Below are positions 49,780-62,740 of a stretch of 64,000 bases of DNA, piece by piece. The stretch is from Podarcis tiliguerta. Its lineage: Eukaryota. The translations under genes were made by a program, and so were the position numbers. The stretch is taken from NCBI GenBank assembly GCA_965153285.1, contig OZ229112.1. One strand, given 5' to 3'. How positions within the stretch are numbered: position 1 is the stretch's first letter; every line of letters starts with the position of its first letter. The notes beneath the pieces are model-generated. The model worked only from the letters and a program-made list of their open reading frames with translations, had not been told where the DNA came from and ran no database searches.

Positions 49780-50360
49780 CATCCGCCAAGAGGGTTGGCA
49801 GCCCAGGAAAAGTCCAGTAACTCACTCACACAGACAGACGGACGGACGGGGGTATATAGAGGGAGAATTTAGGCAGTCGGGCCAGGAAGTCCTTAGCAGT
49901 TCCTGCTCCAGGCGGCATCCTGCTCCCTGGGAACCGTACAGGTAGCCTCGGTCACCATAGCAACCACACGCGGACGCGCAGAAACCCTACTTAGCTGCCC
50001 CCTTCCTCCGACCCTCCACACCTTGGGCTCCCCGTATCCTCCAAGCTACTGAAGGGAAGAAATGTATCCGAGAACCTGCGAGGAAAGGACGGTCGCCGCG
50101 GCAGCCGCTGCTGCTTTTTCTGCTCCCGTCGCAGCCGGTGCACCGTAAGAGTGGGCAGCGGGAGCCTCCGCCGTCGGTACTGGGCATGCTCGGAAGAACG
50201 GCGCATGCTCTGTAGCAGCGGCCGAAGCCTTTGCCCTTATCCCCTCTCGAGCTACTTCCGCGTTGTTATTTTTTTAATACGGCAACCTGTCCCGAAATGT
50301 TGGCGGGCGAGCAGGCGGGAAAGGCGGGGCTGTTCTGTCGCAAAAACGACATCGTAGTAT
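49780..50360 (-). promoter_or_regulatory. ARMC2: CpG-island promoter and probable non-coding first exon of ARMC2
   Basis: Densest CpG stretch in the window, 6 kb upstream of the first coding exon; ETS-type CAGGAAGT 49883-49890 and ACTTCCG 50254-50260, GC box 50323-50329; candidate GTGAGT donors on - at 49829-49824 and 49825-49820. Confidence 0.85.
49951..49964. promoter_or_regulatory. RFX X-box GTCACCATAGCAAC
   Basis: Fits the GTYRCC-AT-RGYAAC consensus inside the promoter of a ciliary gene. Confidence 0.8.
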
Positions 50361-50440
50361 TCGTCCATGCTAACTGTGCTAGGTGGGAAGTCATTTATTA
50401 GCGCTCAAGTTTAAATAGGAACCTAATGGACCCAAATAGG

Positions 50441-50469
50441 ACCTAATGGTCAGGGGTCCCTTTACCTTT
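50441..50469 (+). mobile_element. Ultra-short Sauria SINE/Bov-B-type 3' end with AAATAGG target duplication
   Basis: acctaatggtcaggggtccctttaccttt flanked by AAATAGG at 50434-50440 and 50470-50476. Confidence 0.75.
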
Positions 50470-52244
50470 AAATAGGCACCACATTGCCGCTGGTTCTGCT
50501 GAAGTGTTCTCTGGCAGCATCGTTACTCTGCCCTGCATCGTGTTACCAAGTCAGCTCTGTGGCCACGCCTTACATCAGTTCACTAGGGGTTTCTACAGCG
50601 ATGCCTTGACCGGCGCCACAGACTTTAGCCCCATCTTAATTGCACTAGTTTGTTTTTCTTCCTTGCTCACTATAACTGCAACACCCTTATATGTAACATC
50701 ACGACTACTTTTTCTACATGTCATCTCTAAGGTTTATATGTTACATTATTGCTTCATTTATATATATTTATGTCAGTAACCCTGTCACTCAGCCTAAATA
50801 ATAGAATTGCAGAAATGGAAGGGACCCCAAAAAATAATCTAATGCACACCCTAAATCTTTGAAACCATGTTGATCTACAGATTATATTATATTATATTAT
50901 ATTATAGCAGCAGCTGCAGATCTGGCAAGGGCTCTAGATCATTAGTGAGCTTGCTAAAAGAAAAAGGGTACTTCCAGATGGGCATTTATTGCAGAACCTG
51001 TGCTTCTAGACAGGGTTTTGGTTTTAGATTGTGCTGGAGTAGGTAGGGCTTTGCTTTAATGCAGCAGGACTCAGTTTACATTCTTATAAGCAGACAATGA
51101 ATAGGATTACATTGCAAATTTCACTGAGCACAGTAGGACTTCTTAGTAAAATTGTGCTGTGCAAGACTTTCCTGCCCTATTTTGACCAGCTTTTAGTCTA
51201 AGTAATGCAGAAAATTAATCAAGTTCACTTTGTTTTGACTTTTCTCCCCAAACAACTCCTTTTAGCAATGGTCTTTTCCGGGCCCCTTGCTTTGTATTTC
51301 TATTTGCTTTTCTTCCACAGTCAGATTCCAAAACATATAAAAGCTGAGGCATTTATAAAGAGGTTCCATTATGACCTTACTGACATTTATTTCATACATG
51401 TAAAGACCTAAGGCAAGTGTGCCTGTCATGCTCACCAGAAGATCCTCAAAAGCCCTTTGGAGTCCATCAGTGTCCATAAGCATCTGAGTGTGAATTACAT
51501 TAATAGACCTCCCATGCATTCAGAGGGGAAATGCAAGTGTAGATTTCAACCAGAAGTGGTTCAATCATAATAATGCAAAATCCCCCATTTTCAGATTACT
51601 ATCTTCCTGTGTGGCCAAGAAACAACTATCAGGTGTATCTTGCTTTATGTGTTGGGCTAAAGACATGTTGGAATAGCTCAGGATTGTAATGGCGCCCATA
51701 AAGACCAGAGCCATCAAGGACCTGGTGACCTTAGCATGAAAACTAGGTTCCCCCAGCGCAGAACAACCATCCTGGGAATCTTCAACACCATATCCAATAC
51801 CGCCTCTGTCAGGTGATTCACCAGCAGAATTTCTATTCTGTCCTGGTCACTCAACACAAGATACATATACTCCATACTGCACTCAAACAGACAAGAAGCC
51901 TGGAGACAGTGAGACTACAGAAACCCTCCATCGCCGCCACCAGTTCCTGACTCTATTCTGATACTGAACTGAGTACTTAAGTAGGAGGGCATAACTAGGA
52001 GAAACTATACCCTCAGCTCGTCAAGCCACCTTTCAAGTAATACAAGCTAGGTCAGCCTGTTTATCCACCATGGAATCATGGGTGAATGAGATTTTGTTAG
52101 GAACTGACTTTGCATTTAATAGCAGCACCAGCAGACTGCAATGCAAAGATGTAAGGCAATCACAAACCATTCGCTTGAGAAAGAAACTGAGCAAGTGAAT
52201 AAGAATAAGGCTCACTTGGCACCATCATTACATATCATTAGGTG

Positions 52245-52425
52245 CCAGAGCTGTTTAGCAGCAGAAATGACTCCCTCAGAAGGTGGTGCTCTTCTTCATT
52301 GGAGGTTTTAAAGCAGAGGTTGGATGGACATCTGTCATGGATGCTTTAGTTAAGATTCCTGTACTGAAGGGAATCAGACTAAATGACCATCTGAGTCCCA
52401 AGTCTTCAGTTCTATGATTCTATGA
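52245..52425 (+). mobile_element. CR1 LINE 3' end
   Basis: ttggaggttttaaagcagaggttggatgg...ttctatgattctatga. Confidence 0.85.
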
Positions 52426-52804
52426 AAAACTTTCCTCTATAACCAGGTCTTTGGCTTTAACTATTTGCGGCCTTTTAGAATTGGTTGGCATGCTTTTAAT
52501 GTATTTCAAACACACACTCCTCCAGTTTTACTGTATTTGTGGAGGGTTTTGCTTCCCTGTTTGCTTGGTTGGTTGGTTAGGGCTGCCCTGGGCAAGATAA
52601 AACACAGTGGGGAGGAGCATAGAGAGAGACAGAGGAAAACTAGAAAGTAACACTTCTTAACAAAAAACTTACAAGTCTCAGTATAAGGCAACCCCTTATA
52701 CAGAAAGTGATGAAACTACAACTACTTAACTGGGAAAACATCACATCACAGGTCCTAGTCCCCTTATGCTTGACCATCCGGCCTTTTTCATCCTAACCCA
52801 CCTA

Positions 52805-53160
52805 AACATAAGAACATAAGAAGAGCCTGCTGGATCAGGCAAATTGCATATATAGTCCACCACCTGGTTCTTTCACAGAGATAATTATAAACATAAGGAC
52901 ACAAGAAGAACCTGATGGATCAAGTCAAAGGCCCATATAGTCCAGCATCCTGTTCTCAGTGGCCAACAAGGTACCTGTGGGAAATCCACTTTCTCCACGC
53001 CATGCATAATTTTATAAACTTCTATCATGCCACTCCTGCTCACCTTTTCTTTAAAATTAAGACGTTCCAAATGCTGCAACCTTTTATGTTAGGGGAGTTG
53101 CTCCAGGCCCTTATCATTGTGGCTGAACCTCTTCCAACTCTACAATATCCCTTTTGAGGT
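52805..53160 (-). mobile_element. Clustered CR1 fragments (two 3' ends plus an ORF2 remnant)
   Basis: aacataagaacataagaagagcctgctggatcag; ORF 52885..53079 MIEVYKIMHGVEKV. Confidence 0.8.
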
Positions 53161-55268
53161 AAAATTTCTGCTGCACCCCAAAGGGGGAAATTGGGGGAAA
53201 TTGGCCAGCCCATCCCTGGAAGTGCTACATAACCTGAAAAGATAGCTTGATCAACAACTATGGTGGGCCAAAAGAAGGAAGGAAGTATGGTGGCACAATG
53301 GCAATTCAACAATACTGCTTCCAGCACTTAAAAAAGTTCTGTCTTTTTTAGCACCTAAGCCTTCCGTCCTAAACGACCTACTTGGATGTAAAATCCATTA
53401 AAAGAAATGAAGAGTTTCTTCCAAGTAAAGGTGGTTTGGATTGGGATTATAACCTGATATATAAGAAAAATCATTTTCATATGTCATGCTGGTTTTATAA
53501 TACCAGTACTGAAATTAGGAGACGTTTTCCCTGTTGGCTATGTAGTGTCACCAAGTTCACAAAGAGAAATATATTATTTTTCTGTATATTTAAGACTCTT
53601 CTCATCTGTATTCCTCCTTTTTTCTTTTCCTGTGCAGGCAGACACCACAAAGGAAATCAAACTCCATCTGCAATGAACTAATTTTTCTTGGTGCTCCATT
53701 GTTCTCTGGTCCCCCTCTTGGTTTAAGAATCAAAAGGCAAATTTTTTCCCAAAATTCATTTTCTGACACATAATGGACAATTAATTGTTATCTCTGGCTT
53801 TCTCCCCAGAACCTTTCCTTTACCTACATAGCATCCAGTCAAAACCTCTGGATCTAGTTCCATGATGCTGGCAAAATAATGAGCATGAACCTTTTCCCTA
53901 TGATTATCATAATATAACATTTCTTTGAGCCACTTTTGTATAAAAGTCACTAAGCTTCCTTGGCTCCTTCTCTAACTCTTTTCATATGCACATTATTTTT
54001 ATTCTCCCCATTCTCTAGGTTGTCAAGTTCAAGAGTTAATTTTTATTCCACTGCTTTGTTTCCCTTTGTAATTTTTATTTGCCATGTCTTAATGGTTGAA
54101 ATCCCTTGCACCTCATTCTTTTAATTTGTAAAAAAGGTTCCTTCTTCAAATACACATACTTTCTTCATCCATCTACTACCGGTATATCTGGAACAGACTA
54201 CACTAGGATGTGCCATCAAACCAAGTAACATACATTAGAATCTGGGACTTATTTGTAATTGTATGGAATGCTGCAAAGGAAAAAGTATTTCTAGAAAATG
54301 TAATTTCTCCTTAAACTCACCCTGAACAATGGCTTCAGCACAGTTACAAACTAGTGTGTCATCATGCTGATAGAGGCGTGAGTCAAAAAAGAGACTAAAA
54401 TCTGTGGTGGGTGTTCCTATATCATTCATTGACAGAGACATCTGAAAAATAGTGGAAAAGATTTGGAATCACAAATTTCATTTATAAATAAATAATCCCT
54501 GGATGGCTTACAAACAAGGCAATATTAAAAATTACAACACATATTAAAATCAACAATAAGCAGTAAAAGACAGCAAAATATGTTAAATAGAAAACCTTGC
54601 AACAGTGACAGTATAAACAGTTTGCAGCACAGACTCAAAACACAATGAAAAAATATGGGTGAATGAAAGGTTATTCACTTACAAAAAAACACTCCACAAT
54701 AGAGAAGACTATGGGCAACCTATTCCATATCTGGGGTTCCTGTACCAAAGGCAATGAGGGAGGAAATTTAGGGTCTGGACAGTGTGTAGTATGTAATTTG
54801 CATTTAACCATGATTTACCATTCCTATGTTAAAGACAGTTTATCTTGTCCACTATACAAAATCAGGAGCATAGTGTGAGATAGGGGAGTATATGATCATT
54901 GCCCCAATCCCACCAAATCTAGTAAGAAAAACTCATGCCTAGAAGTAGTGTCCCAGCTAATGTAGATACAGATCTGCATCTGGATAAACTTACCCTCTGC
55001 ATCACAATGTTCATGCAGGCCTCATTGAATTGGCTGGATGCATATTTTGACGTCCATGAAAATACTCTCCATGTGGAATAACCTGTGGTTACACACAACA
55101 TTGTCTACAGTTAGATCTGTGTAAGGTTCGTGCCATTAAAAACTGTACTCTATTTAAGGCTGATTTTTTCAAAATCACAATAGATTTTGCAAAATTCTGT
55201 AGTTTACCCAATGACACAAAATATCAGTTGGCTCTAAAAATCTCCTTGAGTGAAATAAGGGTCTAGAC

Positions 55269-55428
55269 TAGTGGTTCCCAATTAGCTAAGTACTGCGGAC
55301 CCCGTTTTTCAAAAGCCAAGTCATGGACCCCCTACTTTTGAAAATTTTGATATCTCTGATATTCACATTTTTATGTGAATGGTGTCATGGAGCCCCTGGG
55401 TCTGTGACCCACCAAATGGGAACCACTG
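55269..55428. mobile_element. hAT MITE
   Basis: TIR TAGTGGTTCCCA / TGGGAACCACTG; TSD GTCTAGAC/GTCTAGAT. Confidence 0.88.
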
Positions 55429-55746
55429 GTCTAGATAATAATTCTTAGTACAGCTGGCAACCATTTTGTGTGTGTGTTCAACTGATATGCGACCGCCGAT
55501 GGGTGCGTCCTTTTGGACCCAGAGGAGGGGAGAACGGGGGCATAATGGGGTGTGACAGGGTGGGGCGGGCTTATGCGTGGTCTGCTGATGCCCACAGAGA
55601 ACAAAAACCCCGCACCTACATAAGCAGCTTTATGACGTTGCAAAAGCTATCTGAGCTAACTCTGGCTTCATCCAAAGAACAAAACCTTCAGCTTCACTAC
55701 CTAGGTCAAAAGGAGAAAACTTCCCCAGATTAAGGTCTGAAATGAT

Positions 55747-55915
55747 AACATAAGAACATGAGTTATATTGTCAGACCATATCTAGCTCAGTATTGACTGG
55801 CGGAAGCTCCCTTGAGTTTCAGACAGCAGTCTTTCTAGCCCTACCTGCAGATGCCAGGGTATGAACCTGGAAGCTTTTGCATGCAGTCCATGTGGTCTGC
55901 CACTAAGCGACACCT
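55747..55915 (-). mobile_element. Squam2-like SINE
   Basis: Reverse-complement similarity to 41422-41592. Confidence 0.7.
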
Positions 55916-56879
55916 ACATATAGGTAAATGTAAAATGATGTTCACAGGGGCAAACATCTTCAGATGAGGTCTGAGCCAAAGGCATGTGGTTGGTTGCTGA
56001 AACAGGATACTGGATTAGATAGGCCTTTGCACCTTTTTTATTCCCCTTAGATGTTTCACTTAACATCTAAGAACTCAAAAGTTTGCTCACAATTTTGTGT
56101 CATTTTGATTGAACTTAATAAAGGTATTGCCCTGCTATAAATGTTGTATCTAGAAAGGTGACTCCCTGTAATATACAATCTGAGCCAACCAAGAAGTCCC
56201 AAAAGACAACAGAGTTCTGAATCCTGCCAATGGAAATAAACAACCCCCACTTTTAATCTTATAGTTTACTATGAAAAACCAACAGTTTCTGTCACTTTGA
56301 AAAGTATTTTCAATAAACAATTGTTGAGATTGATTACATGCCTCAAATTTGCTTTGACTATTAATCAATCTCAGCTGCTGTTTATTACTTTATGAATTAC
56401 AAGCGTTAAAGATTATCCCATTAAAAAGTGCTCCTGAAAACTTTGAATAATACTTTACAATCATCATTCATTTTGAAAGGCTTCCTTGCCTTGCACTATA
56501 CAAAGCTTTCCCTGACAGAAGTGCCTTCAGTGTAGGACATATGTGAGAGTGTAATATTTTTGTATTTATTACTTTTAAAATTTATATCCTGCCTTTTAGA
56601 TCATTTCTCACAAAGTGGCAAACAAGAATGTAAAGTTAAACAAGCAAATAACAATAATATATGAAACATTCAAATCACACACAAAAAAATACTAATGGAT
56701 AAAATAATAAAAACCAACAATTAGTAAAAGATGCAGCCAATGCAAAGTTACTGAGATAGAGCCAATCCCAACAGCAGAAAATAATCCCTCCAAATTCGTT
56801 GTCCTTCAAGAAAAAGTCTACCAAAAAGGGGGGGGGGACAAGTCTCCTAATGTTTCTGGAAAGTCTGCAGTATTGCAGT

Positions 56880-57740
56880 CTGAAAGAACCCAATTAACAA
56901 TTAGTTCCATAGCTGGGGGGCTACCACAGAAAATGCCCTGTGACTTGTACCCTCTGGTGGTAGGCAAATCAGAAGAGTCTCCATTGTTGACCTCAGACTG
57001 CTGGCATATTGATTCTGTTCTTTAAATAGCTTTGACCCAAAACATGTAAAGCTTCAAAAAACATAACCAGCACTTTTATTAAAGCATGGAAATGCTACAA
57101 TTTAATCAGTATAGCTGGTACAGTAATGGTGCCACATGCTGTGACTGTTTAGGTCCCAACAGAACTCAGGCAGCTGAAATTGGATCTGCTGAATTTTCTT
57201 AACCATTTTAAAATGTGGCCCCATGTGCAGTTCATTGCAGTGGTCCAATCTGTATAACTGAGGAAGGGTTTGGCCTCTCCAGATACAGTTGCACCTCGCA
57301 TACCAGCCTAAATTGGTAAAACTGCCACCAACTGAGCTTCTCCAGTTAGCACCGGATCCAGGAAAACACGTTTGTGCAATTGGTCCTTCAGAGGGAGTAG
57401 AATCCTACCTAGCAACAACTGTAGATATTGATAGATATTATATTATTTATATGATGTTAGCTGCTCTGAACCCGGCTCCGGCCGGGGAGGTCGGGGTACA
57501 AATAAAATTTTATGATGATGATGAAACAATCTGCTACACTACTGCTCTTTTACCTGGCTGCAAGCTCAGTTTTAGGACTCTCATCCATTCCAGAACTACC
57601 TCCAAACACTGCTTTTGGATTTTATTAGCCTCCCCTCTCTGGAATCAGAAGATGGAAACAAGAAGTAGAGTGGAGTATCATCCCGATACTGGTGATGCTG
57701 CAACCCAAATATCTGGACAACTTGCCCCAGCAGTTTCATA
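56880..57740 (-). mobile_element. Very old L2 remnant with a younger + strand L2 tail nested at ~57440-57523
   Basis: Degenerate L2 ORF2 antisense text (gttcattgcagtggtccaatctg); insert ctgctctgaacccggctccggccggggaggtcggggtacaaataaa(tga)n. Confidence 0.55.
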
Positions 57741-60424
57741 GATTAATATTGCACATTGCACATGTGTATATAAGTGCTAGGAAACCACAAATGGCCATGG
57801 TTCCCTAATGCATGCACACTATATGGAAACAGAAATGTTCTTGTCTTTATATTTCCTATATTATTAAAAAATATATAACAAATGAAGCAGCTTTTAGGAC
57901 TAGTGAAATGTTCAATTGTTCCCCAAATGATCTTGTACCCTTTTCGGACCTTTTTGTGTACAAGAACCTCATACAATTATGGAGCAGGAAGCTTTCTCTT
58001 TCCCCCATACCTCATTATATGGCACCCTCTGGTTCACCTAGTAGAGGTGCTAAATCACTGGATTTTGGATATGGGGATGAGCACTGCACCCAACAGTCGA
58101 ATTTGACTGGACTTAACCATCCAGGGGTCCTTTACAATTGCTTATAACCCATCTTTCTACTGGAAAATATCCCAAGTGGCTGGCAAAAACGAACTATCCA
58201 ATTAAAATGGTCCATGTGAACATACAATGGCCACCAGGTCAATCATAAAATTTAAAATTCAAGTATATCAGATAAGATTTCATTGTTAAAAACACAATAT
58301 AAAACTGGCAAGGATACCACGCAGTTAATAAAAGTCTTTGGTAATATCATAATATAATAAAATAAAGATGACAAAAATGATGTAAGGATTATTTGTGGTT
58401 GTGTTTTATTTTTATTGTATTTTATCTTTATTTTTAAGGCAATGACTCCCATCACATAATCTTTTGATTATCATCACTCTATATTTAGAGTGAGACCATA
58501 TGGTTACTAGCTGATGAATCCAGTCCTCATTGACTCATTTTGTAGATCTTCGTGTATTTTCCTAATGACAGGGGTGGGGTGGGGGATGCATTTACTGACA
58601 GAGAAGACAGGCTGAGAATAACTATTTTTAGCATCCACTTCAAGTGCAGTGGACAAATCAAGTAGGTAACCTGCCATGGCAAATTTTACAGTGAGACAAG
58701 AGCAGTTCCTGGAGTCAGAGAATGAGGACAGGACAGTGGGAAGATTTATTTGCCTTTTCTGAAGTTATCACTTGCTGCAAGGCAAAGATGTTGAAGTATA
58801 AAGTTTGCTCTCAGACAATTCCTTAGTGCTTGCTTATGGAAATAAAAAAAAAAAAATCCAACCAGAATAGTCAGTCCTGCTAGATGCCATGCAATATAAA
58901 CAGGTATCTGTTGTTAAACAGCCTGGTCAAAAATTAATAAAGTGTGGGCCATTTAAAAAAGAAGTTGCATGGTAAAAGGCAGGTTACATGTCATTTGGAA
59001 AAACCAACATAGTCCCATGGCATTATTATCTTCAATGATTTGCCGAAATTCTTAACAATATGTTGCTTAGTTTGGCTGTTTGCAAATAGTACATATTACA
59101 TTTTTTTTAAATAACCAGGGCAAATATATGGAATATTGATGCCCTATACTGCTCCCGTTAAAAGCTCCCTCACAGTGTTAATTGTTTCTACTGCACTCTA
59201 ATATCTATTTTTCAAATAACAACTAATTTTAAAATATAATAAGCACCAATTGGTCTCAGTAGTCCTAGATGAATGGCTTGCCATCTCTAATCTCACATTC
59301 TTTCCCCACTGCCCCAAGACCACCAAACTCCACTTTGGCAGGTGGTAAGGAGCATGATTTATACGGGGAGGGAGGTGGGTGGGTGGGCTTCAGCACAAAC
59401 CTACTGGGGAGGCATCAAAATTCACTAATTGAAGGAATGTTGGTGAGTAGCAAGGCACCCACAGAGGCTGCAGGTTTCCTTATGATTGTGTGCGGCCTGT
59501 AGGTTGCCACAGGCGTGTTAGTCCATGGCAACCTTTGGTAACATACTGGGTAACTTATCACCAGTTCAAGCTGGAATTCTGCAATTTGGAATTCAAACTA
59601 GAAATCTGACCTTCCAGAACCAGAAAAATATAATACTGTGGGATACAAAAGCTTAAAGTACTTTCACATTAAAAGTAACACAGCCCAAACCAAACCAAAT
59701 CTTCTTGATTGCTGCAACCAGCATAGTCACTAAATTGCTGGAAATGCCATTTTTTAAAAGGCAGTAATAGAAGTGGCAAAATATTAAAGTCTGTGCATTA
59801 TGGAAGAAGCAGGCTCTTCAAATGTCTCTGTGGTTTGTATAATTTCTAAAAGTGGAGATGTGAACTGCTTTGATGGAGAGATAATGTAAATGGAAGCAGC
59901 ATATGTTTCAGTTAAACTGAAGGACTGGTGCCAGGGAAGGGTAAAGTATTTATCTAAACTAAATGTCAAAGTAGTTATTTTTAAATGCAATTTAATTTGA
60001 TTTTTATTTTTTTACTGAAGCCAAAAGGGCACCTCAACTATTTTTACTCTTACCTATTATGCCGTTCCATGAATAAATCATCTCTGTAGGGTGCTAGAAG
60101 AAGATGCTTTTAGTTCAAAATGAAGCACAAAGGTTATTATTTTGAGCTCTTTGTCTTGAAAATGGTTGGAGAAAGAAAGAAAAGCCTTTCTCCAATCACA
60201 GGATTGTCAGGTAGAAGAAATGTTTGTTCATGTGGCTTTAGTGGCATTTTGGGTATTTTAAATCTCCCACTAGCAAGAGCTGTGTCTCCCAAACTTCTGA
60301 TGGCTTAAGGGACATTTCTTTTTGCAATTAACACAGAAGGCCCATGTACACTCAAAAATGTCTACTAGGGAATCCATTCCTGATCTTTTTGCAGGAATCA
60401 TTCTTGCCTTCTGAGAGGACTCAT

Positions 60425-60625
60425 GCAGTGTACAGTACGGTGGCCTGCAGCAGGCAGAGTTTTGGGCTAGGGAGACCTAGGTTCAAATCCTCACTCAGCT
60501 ATAAAGTTCACTGAGTGACCCCGGGCCACTCACAGTCTTGCAGACTAACTGCACTCACTGCGTTATGTTAAGGATTCAGTGAGGGAGAGAACTTGCCCTG
60601 AACTTGTTGGAGCAAGGATAAAATT
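60425..60625 (+). mobile_element. Older CORE-SINE (MIR/Squam3-like)
   Basis: ggttcaaatcc B box, ctgagtgaccccgggccactcac CORE. Confidence 0.7.
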
Positions 60626-60744
60626 AAGGTGTAATATTCAACAGATATCAATCTCACAGGCTGGCTGGCTGCGGCAAGCTACAATCTCCCATTCTTAACC
60701 TACCTCACAAAAACATAAAAAGTTTGGCCTAGGAGAAGATACCT

Positions 60745-60960
60745 ATGGGACGCCTGTAAGCAGGACCTGAGCACAACATCATTCTGCTGGAACTTGCAGT
60801 TCCCAGAAACTGGCATTCAGACACTGGAGGTAGAACTTAACCATCATGGGCTGTAACCACTGATAGCAGCCTTTTCCTTCATGTATCTGTCTATAACCCT
60901 TTTTAAAAGGCATCTTCTGAGAGCAAATTCCAAACTTTAACTATGTGCTTTGTGTGAAAT
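60745..60960 (-). mobile_element. Degraded CR1 3' fragment
   Basis: gcaggacctgagc..cccagaaactggcattcaga..ccatcatgg..gagcaaattcca. Confidence 0.6.
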
Positions 60961-61781
60961 GTTGTGGGGATAAAGGGGAGGTTTAAAAAGACAATACACA
61001 CATTTCAGGCTCTTTGGATGATTTAAATACATATGCAATTAATACATAAAAATAGTGAAAAATTAAGTGACTCGTGTACATGCCACTAGCATATATAATG
61101 AAGATTTGCAATGTTCTTCCAACAGTAAGCAATGCTGTGTCCAGAGTAAGATAATCAGTCATGTAACTGCTGGTTATACCTTATTCCAAGCATTAAAATA
61201 CGGGATCTGCTTCGCATTTGGCATATAGTTTGGTTCATGTCTGATCATACTTGACATAAAAACTGTGGTATTTATGATATCTCTTCTATGCCAGCTAAAT
61301 GATGCTGTCTACCAAATGCACACAAAACTGTATTACAGAAAAACAAAAATTAGCAAATTGAAGAAACAGCCATCAGGCTTAATGGGTTTTCTGCATGATT
61401 TTAAGTGCTGAAGAAATTGCCTATTTCTGCCATATAACTGTCATTTATTTATAAAGTCTGAGACCCAAATCTCATTCCAAAATGTTCAATTCCTGCATTT
61501 CTTATGAATTAAATGCTGTCCATTGTACCATAAATCCGCAATGGCGAACAAAGGCTACTTTGTTGCTGTTGTTGTTTAGAGAGGATACTTTTAAAACACC
61601 AGTGTAGCCACACAATGACCGCTCCCCGCATAAAACAGGGGGCGCCCTTTGTGTGGATGCGCGCAGCCCCTGGATCTGGAGCGGCTCCATTCAGCATAGG
61701 CTTGGCTTTGCCTTCCCTCAGGTGGGATACCTGGAGGTCTCCGCCAACCCCAGTCAGTTGTCCAATCCCACCTGGGGGAAG

Positions 61782-62041
61782 AAGAAGAAGAAGAAGAAGA
61801 AGAGTTTGGATTTGATATCCCGCCTTTCACTCCCTTTAAGGAGTCTCAAAGCGGCTAACATTCTCCTTTCCCTTCCTCCCCCACAACAAACACTCTGTGA
61901 GGTGAGTGGTGCTGAGAGACTTCAAAGAAGTGTGACTGGCCCAAGGTCACCCAGCAGCTGCATGTGGAGGAGCGGAGACGCGAACCCGGTTCCCCAGATT
62001 ACGTGACTACCGCTCTTAACCACTACACCACACTGGCTCTC
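61782..62041 (-). mobile_element. Young tRNA/CORE SINE (Squam3-like), full length with TSD
   Basis: TSD GGGGGAAG at 61774-61781 and 62042-62049; (CTT)n tail; about 5 differences from the 19.0 kb copy. Confidence 0.92.
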
Positions 62042-62740
62042 GGGGGAAGCGTTGCCAAGGAGATCAGGCCAGGTGGGGGAGGGATTACCTGCCCACACAA
62101 TAGAGGGAGGATCTTACCTGGGAATTCAGAGTATAATATAATGAATATTATAGAAAACTCCATGCAGAACATTACAAGACTATGACATATACCAAATATG
62201 GCAAAGGTAATACAAGGACCCTTCTTTAATATACTGCCATATTGGCACACTGCAGCTGCAAAAACACTGATTAAAAGGTAAGTCTCATGAATATAACAAA
62301 AAGTTATAAGACAGAATCAGATATAGCAGTCATAAAAATGCAAAAAGAGAGTGTTTTTGGCATGATGGGCCCAAACTCACAAATCACATTTAAAAATTAC
62401 TATATTGTGTGGTTTCTACAAATTTGCAGGCAGTGCCGGCTATTTGATGCTACTAATAAATGAATTGAGCCTCCATGTTTAGTGGCAATATAGCTCAGAT
62501 ATCAATAGTTATTTATACATTTACACATATAGTTTATTCGATTTTGCAAATCGGCACCATATTTTCTGCTTTTTGTTGGTGCTGCATTCTGCGTGAGCGG
62601 GGCAATTCTTGACTTGAATGTCCACTAAGTCTTCCATGACAGTAATGGAGGTCAAGCTTGTTTATCCACTACTAGAGAAGATAGCTGCAATAAGCTTTCA
62701 GAAGGTTCTCCTTGAACAGATTTTTAAATCCTCTGCCCCT

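Larger units (their letters stand above)
15780..50200 (-). other. ARMC2: ARMC2 gene (17 coding exons plus an inferred non-coding first exon in the CpG island); 848 aa
   Basis: Exons join in frame to 2547 nt; QKTSAEIINEARN..RTQRPFTP, GNLTAKNN, PTDWQLAC and WETEFKPVAQ match ARMC2 as I recall it; both transcript ends are approximate. Confidence 0.96.

Noticed and set aside
57289-57741. 150-aa + strand ORF
   Set aside because: Crosses an antisense old L2 and a nested L2 tail; no protein family signal
61653-62006. Identical peptide in ORFs at 19017 and 61653, suggesting a duplicated gene
   Set aside because: Both are antisense translations of the same SINE family
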